DNA of 64,000 bases from an uncultured candidate division Zixibacteria bacterium (lineage in GTDB: Bacteria; Zixibacteria; MSB-5A5; UBA10806). The notes under the pieces are model-generated. The model made no database searches and was not told the origin of the DNA. It saw nothing but the letters and a program-made list of their open reading frames with translations. Positions 31,615 to 43,894 of the stretch are shown piece by piece (the stretch's first letter is position 1; each line of letters opens with the position of its first letter). The stretch lies in NCBI GenBank assembly GCA_963801605.1, contig CAWDFP010000006.1, positions 352,001 to 416,000 of the forward strand. Direction: 5' to 3'. The position numbers were made by a program, and so were the translations under genes.

Positions 31615-32418
31615 TTATAAGGCTAAGATATTCTCAACCAGATTATTAAGTGCTGATGTCGGCAACTGACAATCCTTATCTGAAAGCGCGTTTTGGGGAT
31701 TGGGATGAGTTTCAACGAAGATGGCATCAACGCCTACCGCCACTGCCGCTCGCGCTAATGGCACGATGAAACGCGGATCGCCGCCCGACGAACCGCCTGA
31801 TGCCCCCGGTTTTTGCACAGAGTGAGTGCAGTCAAAGATAACCGGATATCCGAAGCCAGCCATTATAACCAGCCCGCGGAAATCAACGACGAGATCATGG
31901 TAACCGAAACTTGTGCCGCGTTCGGTTAGCATCACCTGGCTGTTGCCAGATGAAGTAACCTTTTCGATAATCGGCCCCATATCCTCCGGCGATAGGAATT
32001 GTCCCTTCTTAATGTTAATAGGCAACATAGTTTTTGCCGCTGCGATCACTAAATCAGTTTGACGGCATAAAAAGGCCGGTATCTGCAGACAATCGGCAAC
32101 ATCCACAGTAGCATCTATTTCGTCGATGTTATGAACATCGGTTAGGATCGGTAAACCGAATCGGCGTTTGACATCCTGCAAAATCGAAATCGCCTTGCCT
32201 ATTCCGATGGTAGAAAAGGATGTTCCCGAAAGGCGGTTGGCCTTTTTATATGATGATTTGAAAATGGTCGGGATTTTATATTTGTCGCGGGCACAAGCTA
32301 CAGCCTCTGCGGCTTTAAAGACGACATCCTCAGATTCAACCGCGCAGGGTCCGGCGACCAGAACAAGCTCTTTTGCGCCGACTGATACGCTGCCTACTTT
32401 GACTTGTTTTTGGGCCAA
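31615..32418 (-). CDS. kdsA: KDO 8-phosphate synthase
   Basis: AGPCAVE, KANR.S, QIPAFLCRQTD, KKGQF, ERG.SFGY, THSVQKPG. Confidence 0.95.
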   Translation of the reverse strand: MAQKQVKVGSVSVGAKELVLVAGPCAVESEDVVFKAAEAVACARDKYKIPTIFKSSYKKANRLSGTSFSTIGIGKAISILQDVKRRFGLPILTDVHNIDEIDATVDVADCLQIPAFLCRQTDLVIAAAKTMLPINIKKGQFLSPEDMGPIIEKVTSSGNSQVMLTERGTSFGYHDLVVDFRGLVIMAGFGYPVIFDCTHSVQKPGASGGSSGGDPRFIVPLARAAVAVGVDAIFVETHPNPQNALSDKDCQLPTSALNNLVENILAL

Positions 32419-32861
32419 TCCTTCTCCTCCATAGCAGTAACTTGCCAGATGGAATTTACACCGCGTTCCTTAAATGGCCGCTCCATGGTCAAGATGAGGA
32501 GCTTTTTATCGGGCAAACGCACTTCGACTTTACCTCGAAACAAACTTTCGCTTAAAATATTCATGTTGGCGGTGCTGATACCGTCTCCTTCGTGCGGAAT
32601 CTGATCGTTGCAAAACGCGGAAGCCGCGGCTTTGAGATCGGTAAACCAAATATACTGGGAAGAGTCAACCTGGCCTTGAAGGTACTTTGCAAACGCTGCA
32701 TCAGGATAAGGGATTTGCGGCGAAGCGATCTTATCTTTTTTTTCTACGCTACACGATGCGAATGTAACAATTACTGCAATTGGCAGCAGAACAAATGCCA
32801 TCAGCAAAAGACCGAGCGCATTATTTTTTTTATTCATCTGATACTTCATACTAAATACCAT
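32394..32861 (-). CDS. Hypothetical lipoprotein or membrane-anchored protein
   Basis: N-terminal hydrophobic stretch ending FASC; lies within the pyrG-kdsA operon. Confidence 0.55.
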   Translation of the reverse strand: MVFSMKYQMNKKNNALGLLLMAFVLLPIAVIVTFASCSVEKKDKIASPQIPYPDAAFAKYLQGQVDSSQYIWFTDLKAAASAFCNDQIPHEGDGISTANMNILSESLFRGKVEVRLPDKKLLILTMERPFKERGVNSIWQVTAMEEKDWPKNKSK

Positions 32862-32866
32862 GAAAA

Positions 32867-34527
<1,661 letters not shown>

Positions 34528-34535
<8 letters not shown>

Positions 34536-35271
34536 TTTTAATTCCCTGTCTGGATAAAATCTCCTCGGCCCTGACGAGATCCTCCGGTGAGTCGATTCCC
34601 ACAAACTCGGATTCAACGATTGTTACTCGAATATTATAGCCATGTTCCAGGGCACGTAGTTGCTCAAGGCTTTCACATTTTTCAAGCGGAGTGCGTTCCA
34701 TGGCCGCAAATTTCAATAAAAAATCCCGCCGGAAACCGTAAATGCCGATATGCCGATAAATCGGGGCTGCCTGTCCATCGGCGCGCAGATAAGGGATATG
34801 ACTGCGGGAAAAATAAAGGGCATCACCTTTTCTATCTAAAACCACTTTCACCACGTTAGGGTTATCGGCCTCGGAATGATCTTTTAGAAGCGAACAGGCC
34901 GATGACATAACCACATCGGGATTGTCCAGCGCTTCCACTACTTTATCGATAACATCGGATGCAATAAATGGCTCGTCACCCTGCAAATTTACGATACGCT
35001 CGCAATCGATTCGCTCGGCAAGCTCAGCCACTCGATCCGATCCGGTGGCATGAGGCTTTTTGCTCATGAAAACCTGCCCTCCGAAATGCTTTACAGCCGC
35101 GGCGATTCTTTCGTCATCGGTAACCACCATAACATCGTTAATGCGTTTAGCCTTTTGGGCTGCCTGCATGACCCGAACTATCAGGGGCACTCCTGCTATG
35201 GGGGCTAATGGCTTTCCGGGAAACCGCTTTGAACCGTAGCGGGCGGGAATAACGGCAATTGCGTTCGGCAC
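34528..35271 (-). CDS. kdsB: 3-deoxy-manno-octulosonate cytidylyltransferase
   Basis: [43 protein letters not shown]. Confidence 0.96.
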
Positions 35272-35326
35272 ATGCTATTTTACAAATCATCAACCGCTCT
35301 GTCAATAAAAACCTTGATTTCAAATT

Positions 35327-35680
35327 TTGGTGGTCATAGATTCCGGTGTATCGCGTCGAGATTTATTAATAATTGCCAGTATCTATTTGGCAGGATGTGC
35401 TCTTTATTTCGCCTGGTCGCTGTTTGTCACCGAGCCGGGCTATCCTCTTGATGATTCCTGGATTCACCAGGTCTTCGCGCGAAATATCGCCACCGGACAC
35501 GGCTTTTCTTTCAATCCGGACATACCAATTTCAGGCGCCACGGCTCCGTTGTGGACATTGGCTATGGCGCTACTCTGGCCCATTTTCGGACCGATTGCCG
35601 GGGGCATATTAATCGGTGTTATTCTGGAATTACTGGCGATTGTTGCTGTTTACAGGCTGACGATTATAATTACCTGCTGA
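35327..35680 (+). pseudogene. 5' fragment of a multi-TM GT-C-like glycosyltransferase, truncated
   Basis: PLDDSWIHQVFARNIA.GHGFSFN...GATAPLW is an N-terminal motif of much longer membrane proteins; no continuation found in any frame after ~35672. Confidence 0.6.
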
Positions 35681-35820
35681 GAACCGTCGCTTGTTTCTAG
35701 CTCTGAATCGGGTAGAGGTTCAGGCATTTTCAACTTCCCCTTTCGATTAGAGAAAAACAAGATGTTAGAAAACTAAAACCGCCGGAAATGGCGCTTGAGG
35801 CCGATTCACATTTATGGAAT

Positions 35821-36936
35821 TTAAATTGGAATATAATGCTCCCTCGAAATAATATTCCAAGAAACATATTCAAAACCATCTGGTAGCATACATTCTATTA
35901 TTTCCTTTTGACTAAATTCAAGTTGAAACATTTTAATTATTTGATTCCGTACTGTTTCTCCCAATTTATCCCACCAAATTGGTGAACAGTAAAAATTTTC
36001 AAAAAACGTTATTACAAATCTAAAAACGCTATCAGGAAGTTCTTCGTCTTTTAAATCATTTAGGGATTCAATAAATTTATTACATGGTTCGGAATTGCCG
36101 AACCAGGCAAATACGATTTTTCCCTTATCTCCAGATACAATAATTGAACATGTAATAAAATCCAAAACTTCATCACTTTCAATATCCTGAAGAAAATTAC
36201 CATAATAATCATGTGTTGGTACCATAATGCCACTGCACATAATCTCCGGGACGGAGTCTAGTGTTAAAATATAGTATCTTATTTGGGTGTAATCTTTATT
36301 TAATATGGCCTCATCATACAATATTTTCAAATATCGCAAATCTCTTGCCCCTAATTTGAAGCCGTGATTTTGAATTCCCGTGAAATTTTGATAAATATAT
36401 TGCAATTCTTCTGGCATTCCTTTATCAAATTCTTTTGCTTTTTCCGTTAATTCAGCTCCGCTTTCTTTTAGGAATAATTCCCTGCAGACAGCTCTATATC
36501 CCCAGAGCATAGAATGCTCAGCACAATCCCTAAAAGGCTGATCTTCTATAGGTGCAAATAATAACTTATCATGTGTTTCACAAAAGCCCGTAAAAACCGA
36601 TGCCTTTTTTATTCCTAATTTGTCCGGTAATGCAATTCCTCTGTCTTCAATTAGTTCATATATACTATTCTTGGCCATAAAAGAAATCACATGTCCATTC
36701 ACCGCGATTTTATTAAGCATACTTCTTGGGACGGTATGAGCTTGAACAATATCCTTGCTACAAACTGTTGCTCCGCCTTTAGGAAACATACAATATCTTT
36801 TTCCAAATGCATCTTTTCTGATTGCCTCTAATTTATAAGGTTTTTCAGGTTCCTCGATGTGCCTATTTAAATGGCAATATTTAAACTTTTTTTGAGATCC
36901 ACACCAGCAAGGATCATTTCTTCCAATTTTTTTCAT
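35821..36936 (-). CDS. AT-rich SEC-C motif protein
   Basis: KIGRNDPCWCGSQKKFKYCH N-terminus, then C..AHTVP...GFCETHD. Confidence 0.8.
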   Translation of the reverse strand: MKKIGRNDPCWCGSQKKFKYCHLNRHIEEPEKPYKLEAIRKDAFGKRYCMFPKGGATVCSKDIVQAHTVPRSMLNKIAVNGHVISFMAKNSIYELIEDRGIALPDKLGIKKASVFTGFCETHDKLLFAPIEDQPFRDCAEHSMLWGYRAVCRELFLKESGAELTEKAKEFDKGMPEELQYIYQNFTGIQNHGFKLGARDLRYLKILYDEAILNKDYTQIRYYILTLDSVPEIMCSGIMVPTHDYYGNFLQDIESDEVLDFITCSIIVSGDKGKIVFAWFGNSEPCNKFIESLNDLKDEELPDSVFRFVITFFENFYCSPIWWDKLGETVRNQIIKMFQLEFSQKEIIECMLPDGFEYVSWNIISREHYIPI

Positions 36937-37143
36937 TTAACAATCCCTATATTTAGCTGTATAATACTAGCATTAAGTCGGTTATTCAGCCATATTTTTT
37001 CAATATCACCCTTAATAAATATCTCAAAATCTATCTGGATTGCCGGGGCAATCCGTATTATATTGCCCGATAACTTTATGAAATTTAGTCGTTCTGGCTG
37101 TTTGCAGGATGTGTGACGTTTGGGAAGTGAGGAATGAGGATTT

Positions 37144-38238
37144 ATGATTAAGAAGACGCCGTTTTATGATATCCATCAAAAAGCCGGGGGGAAAATTGTA
37201 GAATTTGCCGGATACTATATGCCGGTTCAGTATCGCTCCATAACCGAGGAACATAAACGTGTCCGCAAAAGCGTTGGGCTGTTCGATCTCTCCCACATGG
37301 GCGAGTTTATCGTCTCCGGCCCTGGCGCTATAGAGTTCGTACAGGGCGCAGTCACCAACGATGTCAATTCCCTGGGGCTGGGGCAGGTCATGTACACCTG
37401 CATGTGCTACCCCAACGGCGGGATTGTCGACGATCTCCTGGTGTACAACCGCGGCGATATCATGTATCTGGTGGTGAACGCCTCCAATATCGATAAGGAT
37501 TTCGCGCACCTGCAATCGCTTGTTAAAGCCAACAATGTCAAGCTCGAGAACGTCTCCGACCAAACCGCCCTCCTGGCAATCCAGGGCCCGGTGGCCGAGA
37601 AAGTCATGGCCAAGTTGACCGATTACGATCTACCGTCACTGCCTTTCTACTGGTCTGCTAAGGCAAAGGTCGCCGAAGTGGAGATGTTATTCTCCCGCAC
37701 CGGATACACCGGTGAAGACGGTTTCGAACTGTATTTCGCTCCTCAATATGCGGAAAAGCTGTGGAACGCCGCCGCCGATGCCGCTAAAGAGTTCGATTGT
37801 GAGCCAATCGGCTTAGGCGCCCGCGATACTCTTCGCCTGGAAATGAAATATGCCCTTTATGGTAACGATATCGATGCCACCACCAACCCGATCGAAGCCG
37901 GCCTGGGATGGGTGGTTAAACTCGAAAAAGGCGATTTTGTGGGTAAAGATGTGATTTCCAAGGCCAAAACCGAGGGTCCCAAACGTAAAAACGTAGCTTT
38001 CGAGCTCAAAGAGAAGGCTTTCCCTCGTCAGCATTACCCAATCGTTATCGGCGGCCAGAAGGTCGGCGAAGTAACATCCGGGACCTTTTCGCCCATGCTG
38101 GAAAAGGGGATTGGCGCCGGGTATATATCGTCGGAGTACTCCAAGATAGGAACCGAAATCGGAATCGATATTCGGGGAAAAGTGGCTACGGCTGTCATCG
38201 TAAAACCGCCGTTCTATAAATCTGGAACGCATCGGTAA
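37144..38238 (+). CDS. gcvT: Glycine cleavage aminomethyltransferase T
   Basis: FAGYYMPVQY, FDLSHMG, IVDDL, SRTGYTGEDGFE, GLGARDTLRLE. Confidence 0.96.
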   Translation: MIKKTPFYDIHQKAGGKIVEFAGYYMPVQYRSITEEHKRVRKSVGLFDLSHMGEFIVSGPGAIEFVQGAVTNDVNSLGLGQVMYTCMCYPNGGIVDDLLVYNRGDIMYLVVNASNIDKDFAHLQSLVKANNVKLENVSDQTALLAIQGPVAEKVMAKLTDYDLPSLPFYWSAKAKVAEVEMLFSRTGYTGEDGFELYFAPQYAEKLWNAAADAAKEFDCEPIGLGARDTLRLEMKYALYGNDIDATTNPIEAGLGWVVKLEKGDFVGKDVISKAKTEGPKRKNVAFELKEKAFPRQHYPIVIGGQKVGEVTSGTFSPMLEKGIGAGYISSEYSKIGTEIGIDIRGKVATAVIVKPPFYKSGTHR

Positions 38239-38270
38239 TGTAACAGTTTAAATTACCGATAAAGGTAATA

Positions 38271-39143
38271 ATGAGCGGTGATGAAAACATAACCGAGGTT
38301 ATAACTCTCTTTACACCCTCGGAATTGGTTGGAATAGATTTGAGGGGCAGCGTAGCCATCGTAATCGATGCCTTACGCGGCTCCTCAACCATTATCCAGG
38401 CGCTTAAAAATGGCGCCGCTCGAATTATCCCCACAGCCGAAATCGAGGAAGCCCGTGCTCTGGCCGACGAATGGCCAACCGGTGAATATCTTCTCTGCGC
38501 CGAGCGTAACGCTATCAGGGTTGAGGGATTCAATCTCGGAAACTCACCTTACGAGTACGATCCGGAAACGGTCAGCGGCAAGGATCTGATTTACTCATCC
38601 ACTAACTGCTCTAAAGCGTTGTTGGCATCATACGCGGCCGATCGCATTCTGGTGGGTACCTTCAATAACATATCCGCCGTTATGGAATCGGTGGGGCCTG
38701 CGGGTCGGATCTTTTTAGTGTGCGCCGGCAAAATGGGACGATTCGCTATCGAGGATGCTGTTTGCGCCGGGATGTTCATCAACGAATTCCTGCGAGATTC
38801 CAGCCGCGAGGTAGCACTTAACGATGCCTCGCGCACATCCAAGCTTCTCTACGATTATTATCATCGCGATATCTTAAAGCTCCTACGCGAATCATCGCAT
38901 GGCAACTATCTTCTGCAGCTTGGACTTGATAAGGACCTCGAGCTTGTGGCGCAAATTGATTCCGAGAGGATCGTTCCGGAATTATCACTCGATAAGACTT
39001 ACTTTTTCGCGACCTTTATTCCCAAATCCGCCGACAACGAGCCTCAAAACGCCACCAAAGATCCGGTGCAGCGAACGGCCACAATCGCTATCGAACCTAA
39101 TTTCGATGATTTCGAAATACGGGAAGTCAGCAGCAGCGATTAA
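38271..39143 (+). CDS. comB: 2-phosphosulfolactate phosphatase (ComB family)
   Basis: VIDALRGSSTI, ER..GFNLGNSP, STN, EDAVCAG. Confidence 0.85.
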   Translation: MSGDENITEVITLFTPSELVGIDLRGSVAIVIDALRGSSTIIQALKNGAARIIPTAEIEEARALADEWPTGEYLLCAERNAIRVEGFNLGNSPYEYDPETVSGKDLIYSSTNCSKALLASYAADRILVGTFNNISAVMESVGPAGRIFLVCAGKMGRFAIEDAVCAGMFINEFLRDSSREVALNDASRTSKLLYDYYHRDILKLLRESSHGNYLLQLGLDKDLELVAQIDSERIVPELSLDKTYFFATFIPKSADNEPQNATKDPVQRTATIAIEPNFDDFEIREVSSSD

Positions 39144-39322
39144 CTCCAGTATATTTTACAGCTACTCCATGTAACATCATTAATATCGATTTTTGTTACA
39201 TTGATAAACCTTACGGGGATATCAGGAGTTTAAATAATTGAAAATCGAATCGGATAATGAGGGTTTATAAATAAGTTTCGTTTAACAGGCATTGGGTTTT
39301 AGCATAATAAAAGGAGGGGTTT

Positions 39323-39709
39323 ATGCGATTCACAACATTAACCATAGGGGGCGCTATACTGGCTGCGATTATTATTGCAGGCTGCGGCAGCGATAAGGCC
39401 ACAACCCCAATGAATAATTCTGCACCGAATCTCAGCAAAGCGGAAGTGTACTCAATAACCGGTACATTTGAGAAAAACGATAACGATTGCTTTTTTGTAA
39501 CCGACAACAATCATGTTCAGTACGAACTGGTTTTTACCAATGTCAAACCGCCGGAATTTAAGAATGAGACGGTGATTACTGTCAATGGCCAATTTTTGAG
39601 CGGCCCGGATCTTCGATGCGGCTTTAAGGGCACCAGAATTTTAGTGCAATCGATTTTCTCAGAAATATCGCCCAGCACAAATGCCGGAACGTTGACGCCG
39701 TCATTTTAA
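39323..39709 (+). CDS. Small hypothetical lipoprotein
   Basis: GGAGG RBS; lipobox IAGC; two further Cys. Confidence 0.65.
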   Translation: MRFTTLTIGGAILAAIIIAGCGSDKATTPMNNSAPNLSKAEVYSITGTFEKNDNDCFFVTDNNHVQYELVFTNVKPPEFKNETVITVNGQFLSGPDLRCGFKGTRILVQSIFSEISPSTNAGTLTPSF

Positions 39710-39726
39710 AGACACTAATTGGTTTC

Positions 39727-39760
39727 AGGCCGCCTTTAAATGCAAAAGGCGGCCTTTGTT
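39727..39760. terminator. Terminator hairpin between convergent genes
   Basis: AGGCCGCCTTT/AAAGGCGGCCT stem. Confidence 0.7.
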
Positions 39761-39779
39761 ATTTTTATCGGAAATTATT

Positions 39780-40418
39780 CTATCTGGCAGATCGTTGGCT
39801 TGCCCATTCATTTAAAAGGGTAAGCGAGAGCCTGGCGCTTTCGGCGCCATAAACAAATGCCCCGTTGGTCATGAGTCGGCTCAGTTTTTCCGGTTGATAT
39901 TGTTGCGCCCAGGGTATCAGAGAGCTCATTGTATCGTTAATAATACGCAGGCTCGAATCGGACATTTCCGCGCGTAATGCCGTTATCTTTCCTTTCTTGA
40001 TGACAAAAGCCATTGAAAGGGTTGCTCCGTGGGTCAATCCGGCCTGTGAAAGCCAAAGATTTTTTTCGTTAGCAATAGCATAGGCAGTATCGCGTTTAAT
40101 GCGGTTTATGGTAAGCGTAATCTGATCGTTAAGAGTTGAATCGTAGCGCGCTTTGCCGGCAAGCGATTCTTTTCCCACAAAAGCAGGGCTCATTCCGACA
40201 AATTCTATTTGGGCATTATCGGAAAATAGCGCGACAAGGGAGTCTATTTGGTGCGCGTTGGAGGCTTTTTCATATTCCTTTACGATTTCTTTGCGGGACG
40301 GCCCAAGTGAACATGCGAGAAGAGAGAGGAACAGCAGAAAAATCACAATAGTTCGAGGAAGGTACGATTGGATTGAAATCTTCTTTATATTGAATTTTAT
40401 GATATAGCCTCCCGGCAT
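39780..40418 (-). CDS. SnoaL/NTF2-like lipoprotein
   Basis: Lipobox LLAC; Y..A.N.H.ID.L.ALFSDNA pattern and GKIT strand. Confidence 0.65.
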   Translation of the reverse strand: MPGGYIIKFNIKKISIQSYLPRTIVIFLLFLSLLACSLGPSRKEIVKEYEKASNAHQIDSLVALFSDNAQIEFVGMSPAFVGKESLAGKARYDSTLNDQITLTINRIKRDTAYAIANEKNLWLSQAGLTHGATLSMAFVIKKGKITALRAEMSDSSLRIINDTMSSLIPWAQQYQPEKLSRLMTNGAFVYGAESARLSLTLLNEWASQRSAR

Positions 40419-40469
40419 TATCAGGTAAATGACGGCTGACGCCGGTACATTCAGCTTAGCATATATAAT

Positions 40470-41486
40470 TTACGGATTTAAGATCACGCGGCCTATCGGT
40501 TCGCCTTCTTGAAGAGCATCAATACCATTCTGAAAATCCTCAAGTTTGATAACGCGGTCGATTACGGTTTTAATTTTGCCATCAGCTACCAACTGAACTG
40601 CTTCCTGCAATTCCGATAAAGTATTTCCCACCGAGCCCGAAATTCGTGCCTCGGTGATTACAAGTGATATCGGATGGACCACCAGCGAATCCGGCGAGTA
40701 GCCGACGAATATGAGATCGCCGCGTTTGGCGATCATCTTTATCGAATTATCCATTGTCTCGCGTGTGCCGACCAACTCGAATATGATATTGGCGCCCTTT
40801 CCGCCAGTGATTTCGCGCAGTCGTTCCGGAACGTTTTCGTCGAGAGCGTTAATGATATGCCCTGCCCCTAGTTCCTTAGCCTTATCAAGCTTAGCCTGTG
40901 TTCTGCCAATAGCGATAACGTTAGCGCCGGAAAGACGCGCCAATTGTATTATTCCAAAGCCGACACCGCCCACCCCATAAACTACTACGTTATCTCCTCT
41001 ATGGATATTTACCAAATGGCTGGCATGAACAGCCGTCGTCACCGAGCAACCTATGGGAGCAGCCATTTCAAATGTAATTTGATCCGGGAGCGGCACCACA
41101 TTTCGCGCCGGGACTTTGATGTACTCGGCAAAGCCGCCATCCGTGATAAAGCCCTGTTCGGCGACCAATTTTTCGCAGAGGTTTTCCTCTCCAACCAGGC
41201 AAAACCGGCATTTCCCGCATCCCTGATAGTAATAGACGATCACCCTGGCGCCCAGTATCGCCTTATCGACATCGATACCAACGCTCTCTACAACTCCCGC
41301 AACCTCATGGCCCAGCGTCATCGGGTTGACGCCAAGGTTGAGTAGGCCGGAGAGAAAATGCAGATCGGTATGGCAGATCCCCGCAGCCTTTACTCGGACC
41401 AACACCTCGCCTGGACCTGGTGATGGTTGAGGAATATCCTCAAGCCTGAGCGGCTGGCCAGGCCCATGGTAACGAATTGCTTTCAT
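40470..41486 (-). CDS. Zinc-dependent alcohol dehydrogenase (MDR)
   Basis: GICHTD, GHEVAG, CGKCRFC..C structural zinc, GVGGVG. Confidence 0.92.
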   Translation of the reverse strand: MKAIRYHGPGQPLRLEDIPQPSPGPGEVLVRVKAAGICHTDLHFLSGLLNLGVNPMTLGHEVAGVVESVGIDVDKAILGARVIVYYYQGCGKCRFCLVGEENLCEKLVAEQGFITDGGFAEYIKVPARNVVPLPDQITFEMAAPIGCSVTTAVHASHLVNIHRGDNVVVYGVGGVGFGIIQLARLSGANVIAIGRTQAKLDKAKELGAGHIINALDENVPERLREITGGKGANIIFELVGTRETMDNSIKMIAKRGDLIFVGYSPDSLVVHPISLVITEARISGSVGNTLSELQEAVQLVADGKIKTVIDRVIKLEDFQNGIDALQEGEPIGRVILNP

Positions 41487-41615
41487 GGCACATTCCTTTC
41501 CAGCGCAAGCGGGTGATTGCTTTGCTCATCCCCGATATTATCGGGGGATGTGTTCGCAATGACCTGTTTCCCCGGAGTTTCAATAACGAGCGAATCTCCA
41601 AAGAAAGCAAACAAA

Positions 41616-42026
41616 CTAAGGCTTGCTTTGTTCGGCCGTCTTACCGCCTTCTTTTGAGTCTTTCTTCTTATCGCTTTTGAACTCTTGAATTCGGGTTATC
41701 AAATCGGGAATGGCCGCGATTATACCCTCGTATTTGGTTCGCCCGGTTGGCAGGAATGAAACTCTATCTTCCTCAATAATGATAAATCCCATAGGCTCCA
41801 CTCTGACACCGCCGCCGGCGCCACCACCGAATCCACTTCCCTTTTCGCCGCTTTCACCTTCGCCGCCGCCAACGCCGAATCCAACCGTTACTCTGGTAAC
41901 CGGCACGACGCTTTTATTTCCCATGATGACCTGTTTGCCGACCACCGTATCGGAGGCTGCGATTTCCTTGATCTGGGTGATGACTGATGAGGCCAGTTCC
42001 TGTAGCTTGTTTGGCATATTATCCAT
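41616..42026 (-). CDS. GerW/YtfJ-family protein
   Basis: TVVG..VVPVTRVTVGFGVGGG..GGGAGGGVRVEP.GF. Confidence 0.88.
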   Translation of the reverse strand: MDNMPNKLQELASSVITQIKEIAASDTVVGKQVIMGNKSVVPVTRVTVGFGVGGGEGESGEKGSGFGGGAGGGVRVEPMGFIIIEEDRVSFLPTGRTKYEGIIAAIPDLITRIQEFKSDKKKDSKEGGKTAEQSKP

Positions 42027-42642
42027 CCTTTCTGAGCTTTCGATAGAGTCTTATTAGCTTTATAATTGGTAAACGAATAATAAAGATCAAAGTTTCCTTG
42101 AGAAGGCTAGAGATTCTAACAATAAAACCGGCTTCGATTCTGCCATTAAACTTTTCGGCCGCAAAATCCGGATTGTAGTTAATCGATACTGCATTCGGCA
42201 TAATAGGACGGATCGCATGGTAGGCGCCATACAGCTCGCCGGTGATATCCGGTTCTGACGCTCCTCCGGCGATATTGGCCCGTAGAAAATATTTCGGCGA
42301 CCCAATTATTCCTCCAAAAAATCTCAGGATTTCGGAAATAACTTTTATACAAATCCCAATATCCGAACGACTCAGCCTGGATAGCCTCAATTTTTTGCCG
42401 GTCTTTTTTTTAAGTTCTTCTTTAGCTTTCCTGGTAGCCATCTCCGGTTCGGGCCTTTTTATTTTTTCAGCCTTTTTGGGTTTTCCACTAATAAATTTAT
42501 ACTCAAATGGAAAAAACCTCAGCGCCGAAACCATCAAGACTTTTTCACCGAAATTAATTTCGAGACTGACATTAATCGGTACGAAAAGCAGATAGGCCAG
42601 GGCTAAGACGAAAAAAACACAAATAATCAGGAAAATCATCAT
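42019..42642 (-). CDS. DUF2953 (YtfI-like) protein
   Basis: N-terminal TM, basic linker, PDITGELYG...PDF motif; directly upstream of the YtfJ-family gene. Confidence 0.7.
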   Translation of the reverse strand: MMIFLIICVFFVLALAYLLFVPINVSLEINFGEKVLMVSALRFFPFEYKFISGKPKKAEKIKRPEPEMATRKAKEELKKKTGKKLRLSRLSRSDIGICIKVISEILRFFGGIIGSPKYFLRANIAGGASEPDITGELYGAYHAIRPIMPNAVSINYNPDFAAEKFNGRIEAGFIVRISSLLKETLIFIIRLPIIKLIRLYRKLRKDG

Positions 42643-42776
42643 ATCAAGGCCGAATTCTCGTATTTTTAAGAATATCTATTACGCAAAATAGAAAGATGTC
42701 GCCCCCAAAGGACATTTCGCTCAAGACCCCAAAGTGTTCAACTTAGGATAAATAAGCCCTGAGGCCGTTTTTATCG

Positions 42777-43334
42777 TTAGTGATTTAAATATATTCCTTT
42801 GAGCTGTTCTATCATCTTATGAAACTGCTCATGCTTGCCGGCGCCAATCTCCTCTATCTCAAGCCGATCAAATTCATGAACAAGCTCTTCCTGTTTATGA
42901 TCTGAGAGACGGGTGTCCGCAATGGGATACAGTACATTATCCTCAATATCGATATGCTGAGTAAGAAGAGTCATATACCGCCGGGCGTTTTGAACTATCT
43001 GCTTAGCCGCATCGGGATCGCCCTTTTTGTAGAGAGCCGAAGCTTTGGAGAGATCATTAATATAGTTTCTTCCCGAAACATGGTCTTTTATAAGCGCTCC
43101 TATACGATCGCCATCGCTGGGGTCCATAGTTTTTTGCATGGCAATAAAGAGCATGTTTTCTTCCTTGGCGTGATGGCATCTATCAACAAATACGCCGAAG
43201 AATTCGATAATACTATCAAGATGATCGATATTTATCTTTTCGCCCGCCTCAAGTTTTTTGCAAAGCATATCCAAAACCCGAAGCATGATCTTTACGGCTT
43301 TGTGTTCTTTTTTAAGCTGCTCAGTAGCCTTCAC
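42777..43334 (-). CDS. Hemerythrin-domain protein
   Basis: EH, D.CHHAKEE.LF, DH..GR and HI..ED..LYP motifs. Confidence 0.88.
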   Translation of the reverse strand: MKATEQLKKEHKAVKIMLRVLDMLCKKLEAGEKINIDHLDSIIEFFGVFVDRCHHAKEENMLFIAMQKTMDPSDGDRIGALIKDHVSGRNYINDLSKASALYKKGDPDAAKQIVQNARRYMTLLTQHIDIEDNVLYPIADTRLSDHKQEELVHEFDRLEIEEIGAGKHEQFHKMIEQLKGIYLNH

Positions 43335-43770
43335 TTATATACCTCCTGAATTTTCGGACACCCGCTGCCCGAAAGAACGCTTGTAACGAATTAACATTTT
43401 GAAAAACGCGCCGCGATAAATCCAAATTAATTATTATCCCGATGGCTGTCAAGTAATGAACTTGGGTGTATTTCCAGAGGGTTCGTCCAAACCCTCTTTA
43501 AATTTTTCATTCAGACTTAAAATAAAAACCTTCGTAAAAAGTCATTGTTTTTGCTAAGTTAGTGATATTATTGCATATATTTGGTTTCCAGGGAACTTGA
43601 ATAGGCTGATCCTAAATGCTGATAATTATTCAATTGGTGCCAAACAAAACGTTATCAATGTCGTTCTTAGTTGTTATCAATTAACGTATTAACTTCGACT
43701 TTATGACAGAAAACTCCGGTTCGTCGAATCTCTATAAATTATCTGTGCAAATACTCATTAGTCCACTATC

Positions 43771-43788
43771 TTGTGCTTTTTTTCACTT
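43771..43788. promoter_or_regulatory. Candidate Rex/CRP-type palindrome upstream of malic enzyme
   Basis: TTGTGCTTTTTTTCACTT, 5 nt upstream of TTGACA (43794). Confidence 0.4.
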
Positions 43789-43894
43789 TCTTGTTGACAA
43801 TTACAGAGAGCGGCTATATCTTAAGCTCCATAATGAATAGCATTAGATTTAGTTCAACATCAACAAGGTTTGCTTTTTTTAAGGAGCTATAAAT

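Noticed and set aside
36937..37143. Glycine riboswitch upstream of gcvT
   Set aside because: No GGAGA...CCGAAG...CUCUCAGG core; only a short palindrome (GGATTGCC/GGCAATCC)
41616..42642. YtfI/YtfJ pair as evidence of sporulation
   Set aside because: The pair also occurs in non-sporulating prokaryotes; no other sporulation genes are present and the window encodes LPS genes
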